A program made the position numbers and the translations under genes. A model generated the notes under the pieces. The model worked only from the letters and a program-made list of their open reading frames with translations. It had not been told where the DNA came from and did not search any database. A stretch of 64,000 bases of DNA from an uncultured cyanobacterium (GTDB taxonomy: Bacteria > Cyanobacteriota > Cyanobacteriia > Leptolyngbyales > Leptolyngbyaceae), in the NCBI GenBank assembly GCA_963766075.1, contig CAVYAN010000072.1, positions 190,342 through 254,341 on the forward strand, written 5' to 3'. Positions 11,249-22,875 of the stretch are shown piece by piece (within the stretch, counting starts at the first letter, position 1; the number at the start of each line of letters is the position of its first letter).

Positions 11249-12169
11249 TTGACCATGGTTAAGCTGGCTGAACAGGTCATAGTCATCACTGGTGCTTCGG
11301 CGGGCATCGGTGCCGCCCTCGCCCAACGGTTGGCCGAAAAATCTCCCGGCATCCGCTTAGTGCTGGCGGCCCGGACGGTAGAAAAACTGGAGGCGATCGC
11401 GGCCCACTGCACACAAGCCGGAGCCAAAGTCCTGATCGTACCCACCGATATGGCCCACATCGATCAAGCCCAAGCCCTGGCCCAAAAGGCGCTGGACCAT
11501 TTTGGTCGCGTCGATGCCCTCATCAACAATGCGGGCTATGGCCAGATGGGAGCCCTAGAACTGATGCCACCCGCCGCCTGTCAGCGGCAATTTAGCGTCA
11601 ACCTGCTTGGCCCCTTGGCTCTCACCCAGGCGCTGATTCCAACCATGCGAACCCAAGGCCGTGGGCGCATTATCAACATTAGCTCTCTGGGCGGGCGCAC
11701 GGCGTTTCCCCTCGGCGGATTGTATAGTGCCTCTAAATTTGCCCTAGAGTCGATTAGCGATGTCCTGCGGATGGAATTAGCCCCCTTCAACATTGCCGTA
11801 AGCGTCGTCGAACCCGGCCCCGTGAAAACAGAATTCTTTGCCGTGGTGAAAAATGAGCTAGCGGGCGCGATCGCCGCCCCAGAGGCCACCCCCTACCAGG
11901 CCGCTTTACAAAAACTAGACCAATTGGAGCAGCAAACCGCCGCCACCGCTTGGACCTCGGAGCGGGTCGCTGATGTAATTATTGATGCCCTCACGAGCGA
12001 TCGCCCTAAACCCCGCTACGTTGCCGCTACCGGAGGCAAATTCTTATTGTTTTTACTGACGAAACTTCTGCCCACCCGGCTCGTTGACCGTTTTTGGCAG
12101 CGATTCTATGGCATCCACCTCGTCGAAAAAGAATGGCAAGCGATCCTGAAACAGCACTCGCGCCCCTGA
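11249..12169 (+). CDS. SDR family oxidoreductase
   Basis: TGASAGIG, NNAG, YSASK. Confidence 0.92.
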   Translation: MTMVKLAEQVIVITGASAGIGAALAQRLAEKSPGIRLVLAARTVEKLEAIAAHCTQAGAKVLIVPTDMAHIDQAQALAQKALDHFGRVDALINNAGYGQMGALELMPPAACQRQFSVNLLGPLALTQALIPTMRTQGRGRIINISSLGGRTAFPLGGLYSASKFALESISDVLRMELAPFNIAVSVVEPGPVKTEFFAVVKNELAGAIAAPEATPYQAALQKLDQLEQQTAATAWTSERVADVIIDALTSDRPKPRYVAATGGKFLLFLLTKLLPTRLVDRFWQRFYGIHLVEKEWQAILKQHSRP

Positions 12170-12444
12170 AGTGAAGATAAGTCAGTCGATGAAATGACGC
12201 TTGTAGTGGGCAAACTATACCTGTACGCAAACCCCAAAGCAAACGTTAACAAATCCCTTAAAGAGTGGCGGTCTATCAATGTTGCTTTAGTAAAGTGTTG
12301 CTGAAGTGATCCCCACTGAAGCCAATTATCCGACAGAATAGCATTGCGTATTTTAACGGAGCCGAGACCTATAACTTCACCGTAACTTTACCGTTACTGA
12401 GAAATATCCCGGAACCGCCAACTCAACTTAATTCCCATAGGCTA

Positions 12445-13443
12445 ATGACTATCGTGCCTAAATCTGAAGAGCAATGGACCCAAGTCGCTATCTTGAGTCA
12501 TACCTGTGTCATTCCGCTGCCGCCTAGCTTTACGGTTGTTTATGCCGTCGCCTTTAAGCAAGATTTTCAAAAAACTTGCCAAGACAATCCGGGCCTAGTC
12601 TCGGCAGTGTTGGATTTTCACCAAACCACTTTCATGGACAGCAGCGGTATTGGTGCCCTGGTTGGCTGTTACAAAATTGCCCAAAAGCACGGTCTTCACC
12701 TGGCTTTGCGCAATGTCTCGCCCCAGGTGTTAGCCATTCTCTCTCTGGCGGGTCTAGAAAACCTGTTCGAGATCGAACCCCAGGCCGCCCCGGTATCCAT
12801 GGCCTTGGCTCCCCGCGATCGTCCGTTTATTACCCACCCCTCGGTGCGGTCTCGGACGAAACGCGTGTTGGATATTGTGGGGGCACTCGTGGGATTAGGG
12901 ATTACGGTGCTGGTGTTTCCGGCGATCGCGATTGCCATCAAACTAGACAGCCCCGGCCCCATCTTTTTTGGGCAAACGCGCTGCTCCTGGATGGGCAAAC
13001 GCTTCAAAATGTGGAAGTTCCGTTCCATGGTCACAGATGCTGAAGCCCGTAAGCATCAGGTGAAAAATGAAGCCAATGGCGCATTGTTCAAAAATGCCAA
13101 CGATCCTCGGGTCACCCGCGTTGGGCGCTTTCTACGCAAAACCAGCCTAGACGAATTGCCCCAGTTTTGGTGTGTACTGATTGGTGATATGAGCCTGGTG
13201 GGCACCCGTCCACCTACCCCCGATGAAGTCCAGTGTTACGAAATTCCCCAATGGAATCGTTTAGACATCAAACCCGGCATGACTGGAGAATGGCAAGTCA
13301 ACGGACGCTCCAAAATTACGGATTTTGATCAGGTGGTGCGTCTCGACATGCGTTATCAAGAAAACTGGACTCTGCTGTACGATCTTCAGATTATTATTAA
13401 GACGGTTTTGGTGCTATTTCGCAAGAACGCAGGTGCTTGTTAA
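12445..13443 (+). CDS. STAS (anti-sigma antagonist) domain fused to a bacterial sugar transferase (priming glycosyltransferase)
   Basis: [14 protein letters not shown] motif; [31 protein letters not shown]. Confidence 0.9.
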   Translation: MTIVPKSEEQWTQVAILSHTCVIPLPPSFTVVYAVAFKQDFQKTCQDNPGLVSAVLDFHQTTFMDSSGIGALVGCYKIAQKHGLHLALRNVSPQVLAILSLAGLENLFEIEPQAAPVSMALAPRDRPFITHPSVRSRTKRVLDIVGALVGLGITVLVFPAIAIAIKLDSPGPIFFGQTRCSWMGKRFKMWKFRSMVTDAEARKHQVKNEANGALFKNANDPRVTRVGRFLRKTSLDELPQFWCVLIGDMSLVGTRPPTPDEVQCYEIPQWNRLDIKPGMTGEWQVNGRSKITDFDQVVRLDMRYQENWTLLYDLQIIIKTVLVLFRKNAGAC

Positions 13444-13502
13444 GCCTGCCAGCAGTTTGGGAGCCCCTTGCCCACGCATAATTTGTCCTCTGGGATTTGC
13501 CC

Positions 13503-13886
13503 ATGAGTCATCTACCCTTCCCAGAATCCTCCGCCAAATCCCATTCAGAATCTCCCCCCCAGTCTCACTACGTGTATCTTGCCCGGTGCGCCAATGGTGC
13601 CATTTACACGGGGTACAGTAACAACGTGGCCCAGCGGATTGCCACCCATAATGCGGGTAAAGGCGGGCACTACACGCGCGCCCACCGCCCCGTAGAGCTT
13701 TTAGTCTGCTGGTCTTGCCGAACCAAGACCGCAGCCCTGCAAGCAGAATATGCCATTAAGCAGCTACCCCGCCAGAAAAAGCTGGCTTTGGCCGCTGGGG
13801 ACCATCCCCCGGAATGGTTGCATCGTTTTCTCTCACTCCCCTCTGGCCTCACCGACTCATCGTCTTCCCCTCATCCCGCAGCATGA
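13503..13886 (+). CDS. GIY-YIG nuclease family protein (UPF0213-like)
   Basis: YVYLARC..GAIYTGY, RIATHNAGKG. Confidence 0.85.
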   Translation: MSHLPFPESSAKSHSESPPQSHYVYLARCANGAIYTGYSNNVAQRIATHNAGKGGHYTRAHRPVELLVCWSCRTKTAALQAEYAIKQLPRQKKLALAAGDHPPEWLHRFLSLPSGLTDSSSSPHPAA

Positions 13887-14080
13887 AGCCTTAGCTAGAG
13901 GCAGACAGGCCGCAATGCCTTGGCCTACTGCCCTTGATCCCCAATTTTTTGCCGTTTCCTCGATCAACACGCCTTATTTTTTCATCGTAGTATTCTTGGT
14001 ATACAATTTTCTGGCGTGCGCAGGCAGAAAGTTCATTTATACTAATCAAGCCTAGGCATTGATGAGGGGAGAAAAAATCG

Positions 14081-14620
14081 ATGGCAAAAACGAATCTGTC
14101 TAAAAACGTGACGATCGCAGAAAACCTGGTGGCAGAAATTGTGCCCCCGGCAGAACTGGTAGAGGATGCGGGTGCCGAGACCGTGGCCGAAGATGCAGCG
14201 GCTTCAACCCCTGATGCTTCTGGGCCTGTGGATGCTCCGATAGAACCGGGTGCCGTTAAGTCTGGCTCAGGGACAGAGAAGTCTGGCCTAGTGGAGTCTG
14301 CTCCAATAGGGTCTGGCCTAGTAGAGTCTAGCCAAGACATTGACGAGCTGATTAATGCCCTCAAATCCTTGCTCAGTGCAGTCGAAAAGCTCCAAAAAGT
14401 CCGGCAGGAAGTGGGGGACATCAAGCCTTTGATTCTGCGGATGCTGGATGGGGAGATTATGGCCGGTGAGGAACTAGAGCAATTGAAGACGGGCGTAGCG
14501 GGTTTGTTTCGGCTGACTCGGGCCTATACGGATCATCAAATGGCCCTGAGCAAAGCGCAACCCGCCCGCACGTTTTTAGACGAAGTGCTGAAGGTGCGGG
14601 ACACTCAGCGATCCCTGTAG
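14081..14620 (+). CDS. Hypothetical protein with low-complexity N-terminus and helical C-terminus
   Basis: 179-aa ORF with upstream GGGAG; internal SGLVES duplication. Confidence 0.7.
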   Translation: MAKTNLSKNVTIAENLVAEIVPPAELVEDAGAETVAEDAAASTPDASGPVDAPIEPGAVKSGSGTEKSGLVESAPIGSGLVESSQDIDELINALKSLLSAVEKLQKVRQEVGDIKPLILRMLDGEIMAGEELEQLKTGVAGLFRLTRAYTDHQMALSKAQPARTFLDEVLKVRDTQRSL

Positions 14621-14744
14621 GAGTAGGTGGTTAGGACACCACCCCAGTTAGGACACCATTGAGGTCTTGGCGAGAGGGTTCTTGCGCAGAGGAGAGAATT
14701 TTCTGCCTGTGGGGCAAGGGGCGATCTGATTCTCACGGCTGCGT

Positions 14745-15896
14745 TTAGCCGACTTGGTTGCGAAAGCGATAGGTGCTAATGGTCAATAAGACAACTGCAA
14801 AACAGGCTAACGCGATCGCATGTACCCACAGGGCTTCCATCCCGACGCCCTTGAGTAAAATGCCCCGGACGATCGCAATATAGTGGCGCAGGGGATTCCC
14901 CCAGGAAAGGTACTGGAAAAATTTGGGCATGGTTTCGATCGGGGCGATCGCCCCTGACAACTGCACCATCGGCAAATTAATAAAGAACGTCGTTAACACC
15001 ACCTGCTGCTGCGATTGGCAAATGGTCGCCAGCATAATGCCCACGCCAATGCCCACAAAGACATAGAGTCCAGACAGTCCCATAAATAACAGGAAGCTGC
15101 CGCGAAACGGGACATTAAAAATCCCGCGACCAATCGACAGGGCTAACAGGACATCGCCCATGAGTAGCGTAAACAGCGGCACAACTTTGGCCAACAAAAT
15201 TTCCCAGGCTTCAGCCGGCGTCATTAACAGTTGTTCTAGGGTACCTGTGTCCTTCTCCCGCACAACGGTCACCGACGAAACAATTGAGCCAATCAGCGTC
15301 AGCACCAACCCCATTACCCCTGGAACAAAGAACCAACTACTGGTGAGGCCAGGATTGTACAGAAAAATGACCTGCGTGTTGATGGGAGTCATCGGATCGG
15401 AATTCATCTGGCCTGGATTCATTTGATCCCGGTTCAAATGCTGCTGGCTAAATTGCTGCACAATTTGACTGATATAGCCGTTGGCAATACCCGCAGTATT
15501 GGCATCAACCCCATCAATCACCACTTGAATATCGGCAGGTTTGCCAGCGGCAAGGTCACGGCTAAATTCCGGTGGAATCACAATGCCCACCGTGAGGCTG
15601 CCGACTTCCACTTGCTTAGCCAATTCCGATTCGCTAAATAATGTGGCTTCAGCATCAAATACCTGATTTTCAGTGACGGCAGCAACCAGTTCCCGACTAT
15701 CCGCAGTGCGGGCGTAATCTACAATCCCCAGTTTAAGATGATGGACATCCGGATTGAGGGCAAATCCATAGATTAGCAGTTGCAATGTTGGTGGAATAAT
15801 TAATAAAAATAATAACTGCTTATTACGTAGGATTTGATTGACTTCTTTGCGAACTAAGGCCCAAAAGCGACTGGCAAAAAATTGTCTCAAGAACAT
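14745..15896 (-). CDS. ABC-2 type exporter permease (YbhR-like)
   Basis: VVREKDTGTLEQLLMTP, YNPGLTSSWFFVPG. Confidence 0.9.
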   Translation of the reverse strand: MFLRQFFASRFWALVRKEVNQILRNKQLLFLLIIPPTLQLLIYGFALNPDVHHLKLGIVDYARTADSRELVAAVTENQVFDAEATLFSESELAKQVEVGSLTVGIVIPPEFSRDLAAGKPADIQVVIDGVDANTAGIANGYISQIVQQFSQQHLNRDQMNPGQMNSDPMTPINTQVIFLYNPGLTSSWFFVPGVMGLVLTLIGSIVSSVTVVREKDTGTLEQLLMTPAEAWEILLAKVVPLFTLLMGDVLLALSIGRGIFNVPFRGSFLLFMGLSGLYVFVGIGVGIMLATICQSQQQVVLTTFFINLPMVQLSGAIAPIETMPKFFQYLSWGNPLRHYIAIVRGILLKGVGMEALWVHAIALACFAVVLLTISTYRFRNQVG

Positions 15897-15899
15897 GTC

Positions 15900-17001
15900 T
15901 CAATCTCCTAACTGCATGCGACTGAGTGATTTGCGAGCGACGTTAAACAACAGCAGTCCCAAACCCAAAATCATTACCAAACTGAACCAAACCCCCGGCC
16001 AGCCAACACCGCGCACATAGGCATCGCGGGTAATGAGAATGAAGTAGCGAGCAGGAATAATGTTCGATACCAGGGAAAGGGGAAAGGGGATATTACTCAG
16101 GGGATAGATGAATCCGGAGAGCAGCAGAGCAGTTAAAAAACCGACCAAGGATACGCCCTGCACGGCGGCATTTTGATTGCTAGCGCGCGCGCCTAGCATC
16201 GTGCCAAACATGACGCTGCTGCCAACGTAGAGTGGTGTCCCCAAAAGCAACGGTGTCGGATCTCCGGCAAAGCTTAACTGAAAAATCAAAGTCCCCAAGC
16301 CGATGATGACGATCGCCATCCCCAACCCCACGATCAAATAGGCCAACACCTTGCCCAAAATCAACTCCTCCGCACTCAAATCAGAGGCATAGACTTGCAA
16401 AATCGTGCCCTTTTCCTTTTCGCGTACCATGGCGATCGCGGCCAGCAGGGACGGAAAAATCCACAGCACCACCGCGTAGACCCCCGGCACAATATAGAGC
16501 GACTCCTGCCGTCCCGGGTTGAACCACAGGCGCGTATGGGGCGTGATGAGCGCGGTGTCAGGAACTAATTTCTCAGCTTGCAAAAAGGACTGGGTCGTGG
16601 CTTTAATGCTGTTTTTAATCACGCGGGCATTATTGGCATCGGTGCCATCAACGAGCACCTGAACATCACTGACCTTATTGGCGGCAATGCGACGGCTAAA
16701 GTCCGGCGGCACGATGACCACCGCTTTGGCAAGGCTGTAGATCTAGCGCCTGTTCCGCATCCCCATCCCACGGCACTAGCATGAACTGATTTGTAGCGGA
16801 TAACCGCTCGGTATAGCGCTGACTCAAAGGACTCCGGTCCCAGTCCTGGACGACAAGAGGAATATCTTTCGCCTCTAGCCGAATTGCAAAGCCAAAGATG
16901 AGCAGGGTTAACAGGGGCAGAACAAAAGCCAGGGCCAACGTCAGGCGATCGCGCCGAAATTGGGCCAGTTCTTTTGTGCATTGGGAGAGGATACGAAACA
17001 T
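15900..17001 (-). CDS. ABC-2 type exporter permease (YbhS-like), frameshift ~16740
   Basis: N-terminal ORF 16696-17001 plus C-terminal ORF 15900-16721 with MVREKEKGT. Confidence 0.85.
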
Positions 17002-17062
17002 TGGGATTTTTAGATTTGGGATTTTTAGATTTGGGATTTTAGATTTGGGATTTTAGATTTGG
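17001..17062. repeat. Short tandem repeat (GGGATTTT(T)AGATTT)x4, STRR-like
   Basis: Directly visible 14-15-bp tandem unit. Confidence 0.85.
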
Positions 17063-17154
17063 CATAGAAAGAAGCGCGGCGCAACGCTGGGCGAGAGGGT
17101 TTTGGATTTTATTCACCGGGCGGTACTCGTTAACACCGGGCGATTTTTAATGGA

Positions 17155-19163
17155 TCACTGAGCCGAGTGTCCCGTGCCCGCCCGCTGAACAACGCTGATG
17201 AAGGCATCTTCGAGGGAAAAGGGCACCGGGCGATGGGATTGCAGTTGGATATGGGCATTAGACAGGAGCGTTTGAATTGGGGGCATGTCGGTGTCGGGAT
17301 GGTCGAGGACAACATGGAGGCGATCGCCAAAAATGGCCACCCGCCAACCGTCCAAATGCGTTTTAAGGACATCGGCGGCCTGCTGGTTGCGATCGACACG
17401 CATTTCGATCAGTTGGCCCGGTTGAGCGGCCTTGATTTCGCTGGGCGATCCCTGCATCACCAACTCCCCCGCCACCATAAAGCCCATGCGGTTGCATTGT
17501 TCCGCTTCCTCTAGATAGTGAGTGGTGACCAGAACCGCCGTTCCGCGCTGGGCAAAATCATTAATCAGCCGCCAAAACTGCCGCCGCGCCAAGGGATCCA
17601 CGCCAGAGGTCGGCTCATCCAGAAATAAAATTTCCGGCTCATGCATCACGGAAGCGCCAAAGGCCACGCGCTGCTTCCAACCGCCAGGAAGCTGTCCCGT
17701 CATCAAATTTTCCTGCCCGACTAGGCCGCAGATGTCCATCACCCAGGCAATTTTTTGCTGCCGCAACCGGACAGGGACTTCATACACCCCGCAATAAAAC
17801 TCCAGATTTTCCACGACGCTTAAATCATCATACAGCGTGAATTTTTGGCTCATATAGCCAATGCGCCGCCGCAGAGCCCCGCTTCTAAGTTCTGGGTTTG
17901 GCCCGCCAGGGAAATATCACCTTGGCTCGGAGGCAGCAGCCCACAAAGCATTTTGATCGTGGTGGTTTTTCCAGCCCCATTAGCTCCCAGCAAGCCAAAA
18001 ATTTCGCCATAGCGCAATGTCAAATTGATGTTTTTAACCGCATGAAAAGTTGCCAAACGTCTTGTGCAGATTATGGGCACCAATGGCAATACATTGTTAG
18101 CAATTTTGAATTTTGAATTTCGAATTTCCGTCGGTATAGCCGTCGGCAATGGAATAAACGGCGGATTCCGGAACCCTGCTGTCGTAGGCGGGTGACAAAA
18201 ACGTTTTCCAGAGTTGGCTGTCTGGTCAAGGCTGAATCGAGCGGCAGATGATTCAGTTGCAGCACAGTCCGCACTTGGGCTTCGGCATGGACGGATCGGT
18301 GACGAGGACATCGAGGCGATCGCCAAAGGTTTGAATATCCCGAATGTCTGTGGCTGGGGCTGCGCTGGTGGCTGTCACCAAAGGCATCAGCGCCCGTTCA
18401 GCGGCAGCAATGTCTGGCGTGCGAATTTCTAGGCGTTGCAGGCCCAGGTTGGCCCGCAGTTGCGGCAGGGTGCCGACTTCGTGAATTTGCCCTTCGTACA
18501 TCAGGGCAATCCGGTTGCAGCGTTCGGCCTCGTCCAGATAGGGCGTGGCGACAACAATGGTCATGCCTTCGCTGGCCAGGGCGGCCAATACATCCCAAAA
18601 CTCTCGCCGCGACACGGGATCTACTCCAGTGGTGGGTTCATCCAGCAGCAGGATTTGCGGTTGAGGAATTAGGGCACAGCAGAGGGCAAGTTTTTGCTTC
18701 ATGCCGCCGGAGAGTTGGCCAGCAAGGCGATCGCCAATCTGTTCCAGCCCCATCAGGGTCAGATATTTCTGCCGCCGCTGCTGAAAGTCGGACTCGCTAC
18801 GCGCCGCAGTCCAGCGGTGTAGCGCAGGTTTTCATCAATGCTAAGGTCGAGATACAGGGAAAACTGCTGGGTGAGGTAGCCCATGTTCAAGCGGGCGTTG
18901 CGGGGCTTTTTTCCCAGCACATCAATCGTGCCGCCGGAGGCTTCCATAATGCCGCCGAGAATGTGAAAGGTGCTGGTCTTTCCGGCCCCATCGGGGCCAA
19001 TTAAGCCAAAAATTTCCCCTGCATACACCTCGAAGTCGATGCCTTTGACAGCGAGTAGCGGCCCATAACGCTTTTGCAGACCCCCGACACGAATAATGGG
19101 AACATTCCCAGAGGACGCACTCGTAGTTTCAACAATGGAGGTGGGTAGGGCACTGGCGGTCAT
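17155..19163 (-). CDS. Dual-NBD ABC ATPase (YbhF-like), split by several frameshifts
   Basis: Fragments carry [32 protein letters not shown] and [15 protein letters not shown] in order. Confidence 0.85.
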
Positions 19164-19204
19164 TTGAGTATCTCCGGTGGGGCAGTCGATTTTCAATTAA
19201 GTGA

Positions 19205-22200
19205 CTAGAGTTCTTTCTCCCGTAGCGTTTGCAGCACTTTGGGCGTGAAGGGATTTTTCCCGGCTTGGAGGTCTTTGATCCAGGCTTGGCGTTGGGCTTT
19301 GCGATCGTCTTCCTCTGTCCATTCGACAAAGGCTTGGAAGTCGGCGATCGCTCCCTCAACATCTCCCGTCATTGCCCTGGCCAGACCGCGACTATCCCGA
19401 TATTCACCATTGTCTGGATCCGCCGCCACCACTTTTTCGCAAATGGACATCACGGTTTCGGCCTGATTCCAGACACTGCCACCACCACAGAGAATATTCC
19501 AGTTGGTTGTCATACGGTTATCACGTCGTTCATCTGGAAGCAGAGTTTCTGCCTGCTGTATGAGGGCGATCGCCTCGGTGATTTTACCTTGGCGGATCAG
19601 CGGTGAAGTCTGTTCAATGATCCCCCAGGCAACAAACTGGCGGGCAGACTGCTCTGGTTCCAACGCTGTGTCTGGATTGAGTTGCAATACCTGGCGAAAC
19701 TTCTGCACCACAGGCTCTAGCTTCCCTTCCCTTGCCAGGTTATACCCTTCCCAAAATAAGCGGTCAGACTTACCCCGCGCGGCCCATTGTTGTGCCTCGG
19801 TTGCTGGGTTCAGCGATAGTCGCGGTTCAAGTTGTAACGCCTCCTGAAACTTGGCCACGGCGGTTGGAATACTTTCATCCAAGGCTAGATCCTGACCTTC
19901 TTCAACCAGACGTTGGGCTTTTCCCTGGTTGGCAAGCTGTTGCGCTTCCTGTTCAGGATCAAATTTTAAATTAGGGTCTTGCTGCAAGGCTTGGCGCAGC
20001 AGGTTAACTGCATTGGGAATATCCCCCAGCCTTGCCAGGGTGCGTCCAGCGGGCAGCAGGGTGGCTGGGTTCTGGCAGGTGTCTAGTTCCAGCAGCCGTT
20101 GCGGATGGGAGATCAGGTAATCCTGGAGCAGGGTGCAGCCTTGAGCCATCAAGGTTGGGGTCGAAGCCAGATCACTAAGACTCCACAGATAAGCCGTACC
20201 ATTAACGATAAAAGCAAGGCTCTGGCCATCGGGACTAAAGTTCGGAAAATAGGGCAAACTGTCGGCTTTCAGGGTGGTGATCAGGGTGCCATCGCGTTTC
20301 CAGAGTCTGATGGCGTTATCTTCTCCCGAAGTGGCGATTTGTTGACCATCGCGACTGATCGCTACCTCTGTAACGGCGGCAGCTATGTCCCTTCAGGGTA
20401 GTGATGAGCTTGCCATCTAATGTCCAGAGTTTTGCCGTTTTGTCGAAGCTGGCAGTGGCGATTGTTTGTCCATCTGCACTAAATGTGGCATAACTGATCT
20501 CACCCTGGTGCCCTTTTAAGACGAGTAATCAACTTGCCATCTCGCTGCCACAGGCTCACTTTTGAGCCGGAATCTGAGCCAGCAAGCGTCAATACCATTG
20601 TCAAGTCAGGACTGATTCTTGCCCAATTTCCCCAGTTGATGGGTCCCGAAAACGCCTGAATGAGTTTACCCTCCAATGTCCAGAGGCTCAGGGTTCTATC
20701 TTCGCGACTGAGGGTTGCGAGGGTTTGGCCATCCGCACTGAACTTAAGATTATTAATTGGGCTTTTTGTTTTAGGAAGCGTTCGGATCAGGGTGCCATCC
20801 GTGCGCCACAGTGTCAAGCGATGATCGGTACTGGCAAGGGCAAATATCTCCCCATTAGGACTGACGGCGGAGTCATTGATATCAAATTGCCGGGTCAGGG
20901 TTTTGACGGCTGTACCATCGAGTTTTGCCAGGGTGATATTTCCGTCTACACCAAAGAGGAAGACGAACGGACGACCCGGAATAAATCTTAGACTGTCAAT
21001 GCCCTGGTTATTGCCTTTCATTGAGGTGATTAAGGGGCTATGCAACTGCCAGAATTTAGCTGTGCCATCGCCACTGGTGGAAAGCAGGGTTTGACCATCT
21101 GGACTAAAGCTGAGGCTACTGACCCAACCACTGTGCCCTTTGAGAGTCCGTAGTAAGGTCCCATCTACTTTCCAGAGCTTGATCGTCTTGTCGTCACTGC
21201 CAGAAGCCAGGGTTTGGCCATCGGGGCTAAAACTGACAGTACGAACACTGTCGCTATGCCCTTTAAGGGTTTTGATTAGGGTGCCGTCTAGCTTCCAGAG
21301 CTTGATGGTCTGATCACCACTACCCGAAACCAGGGTTTGCCCATCCGGGCTAAAAGTAACGGACAAGACCCGATCGCGATGCCCCTTTAAGGTTTTGATC
21401 AAAGAGCCGTCCGGTTTCCAGAGTTTAATAGTGCGGTCATCACTGGCCGTTGCCAGGATTTGGCCGTTAGGACTAAAACTAACCTGATTGATCGGCTTAG
21501 GGCGTCCTTTCAGAGTGTGCAGCAGGGTGCCATCGCGTTTCCAAATTTTGGTCGTGTTATCTGCACTCGCAGAGACAAGCGTTTGTCCATCCGGGCTAAA
21601 AGCAACACTGGTCAGCTCATCTTGATGCCCTTTCAGCGTTTTCAACCGCTGACCATCGATACTCCAAAGTTGCACGGTGCGATCGGCGTTTGCGGTAGCC
21701 AAAGTCTGACCATCCGGACTAAAACTCACGCTAAAGACATAATCAATTGTCCTCAGGGTTCGGAGCAACGTGCCATCCCGCCGCCACAGTTTGATCGTCT
21801 TATCATCACTGGCGGTGGCAATCATGTTGCCATCCGGGCTGAAACTCCCCTGCCGCAGGTAATCATTGTGTCCTTCCAATCGATTTTGCTCTTTTACCCC
21901 ATAGATCACCTGCTGCAACGTGCTGATGGCTGCGGCTTGGTTTTCGGTGTCGGGATGGGTTGACTTTTTGAGTTGTTGGCCCAGTTTGATCGCAGTAATT
22001 AACGCCTCAATATCTTGATTGGATGCCAAATAGGCATTAGCCGAAGCACTCAGCGCCAGGATTTGGCCTTTTTCGGCTTCCAGTTGGCGCTGTTTAGCCT
22101 GCTGATATTGGGTAAAAGCGATCGCCGCCAGTCCCATCGCTCCCACCAACCCAACCGTAGATACAATCCGGCCCCGTCGCTGCCGCTGAATTTCAGCTTT

Positions 22201-22779
22201 GCCACTGGCCAAAATGTATTGAGTTTGCAGCGTGGTGGGCTTGGGATCGTTGTCCAGTCCCCGGCTTAACCAGCGATCGGCGGCTTTTAGATCATTTCCC
22301 CGCAGCAAAAAGCTGCCATCTCGTTGACTTTGATCCCACTCGATCGCCCTTACCAACAACCGCGTATGGGCGCGCACATACTCCAGATCGGTATCGATCA
22401 CCGTCAGCAAATCTTGAAAGGCGAGATCGAAATCATCCGCCTCCCGCACAAATAGCCAATTATGCTTTTGCAGCGCGGGATGCACCTGCTGAGCATCAAA
22501 ATCATCCCGGCGAACCACTGGCACCAAGCGCTTATTATGGGTCACGGCATGGTCAATCTCTTGACCACAGACCTTAGACGCCACCGAATCGGGACTAATC
22601 ACAAAAACAAACATATCGGCAGCTTCGATCCCACGCTCAATTTCCTGCCACCAGTCAGCGGAAAGGGGGATATCTTCCCAATCAACCCAGGTTTCGCGAT
22701 CGCCCTGGATCAATCGACCATGCAACACTTTGACAAAATCCTTGTCTTTGCGTGAGTAGGAGATAAAAACATCACTCAT
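19205..22779 (-). CDS. TIR + TM helix + WD40 repeats + TPR protein (frameshifts ~20260-20500)
   Basis: [11 protein letters not shown]; many GH...[21 protein letters not shown] repeats; WD repeats continue across 20257-20500; C-terminal TPR with [17 protein letters not shown]. Confidence 0.85.
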
Positions 22780-22875
22780 ACAGATTCCCTCGGGGACGGA
22801 AGGATCTTGCTGGATTCAAAAGAATCAAGGCCTTTTCCGGATGAAATCAGCATCACCTGACATCGGAACATCCCA

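Noticed and set aside
17001..18126. Short tandem repeats (also 56660-56690, 60371-60503, 63249-63281, 6822-6847) as CRISPR or phase-variation tracts
   Set aside because: No spacers; these are typical cyanobacterial STRR-like or simple duplications.
20500..21900. Nucleotide-level repeats at ~123-bp period
   Set aside because: Explained by WD40 repeat coding.
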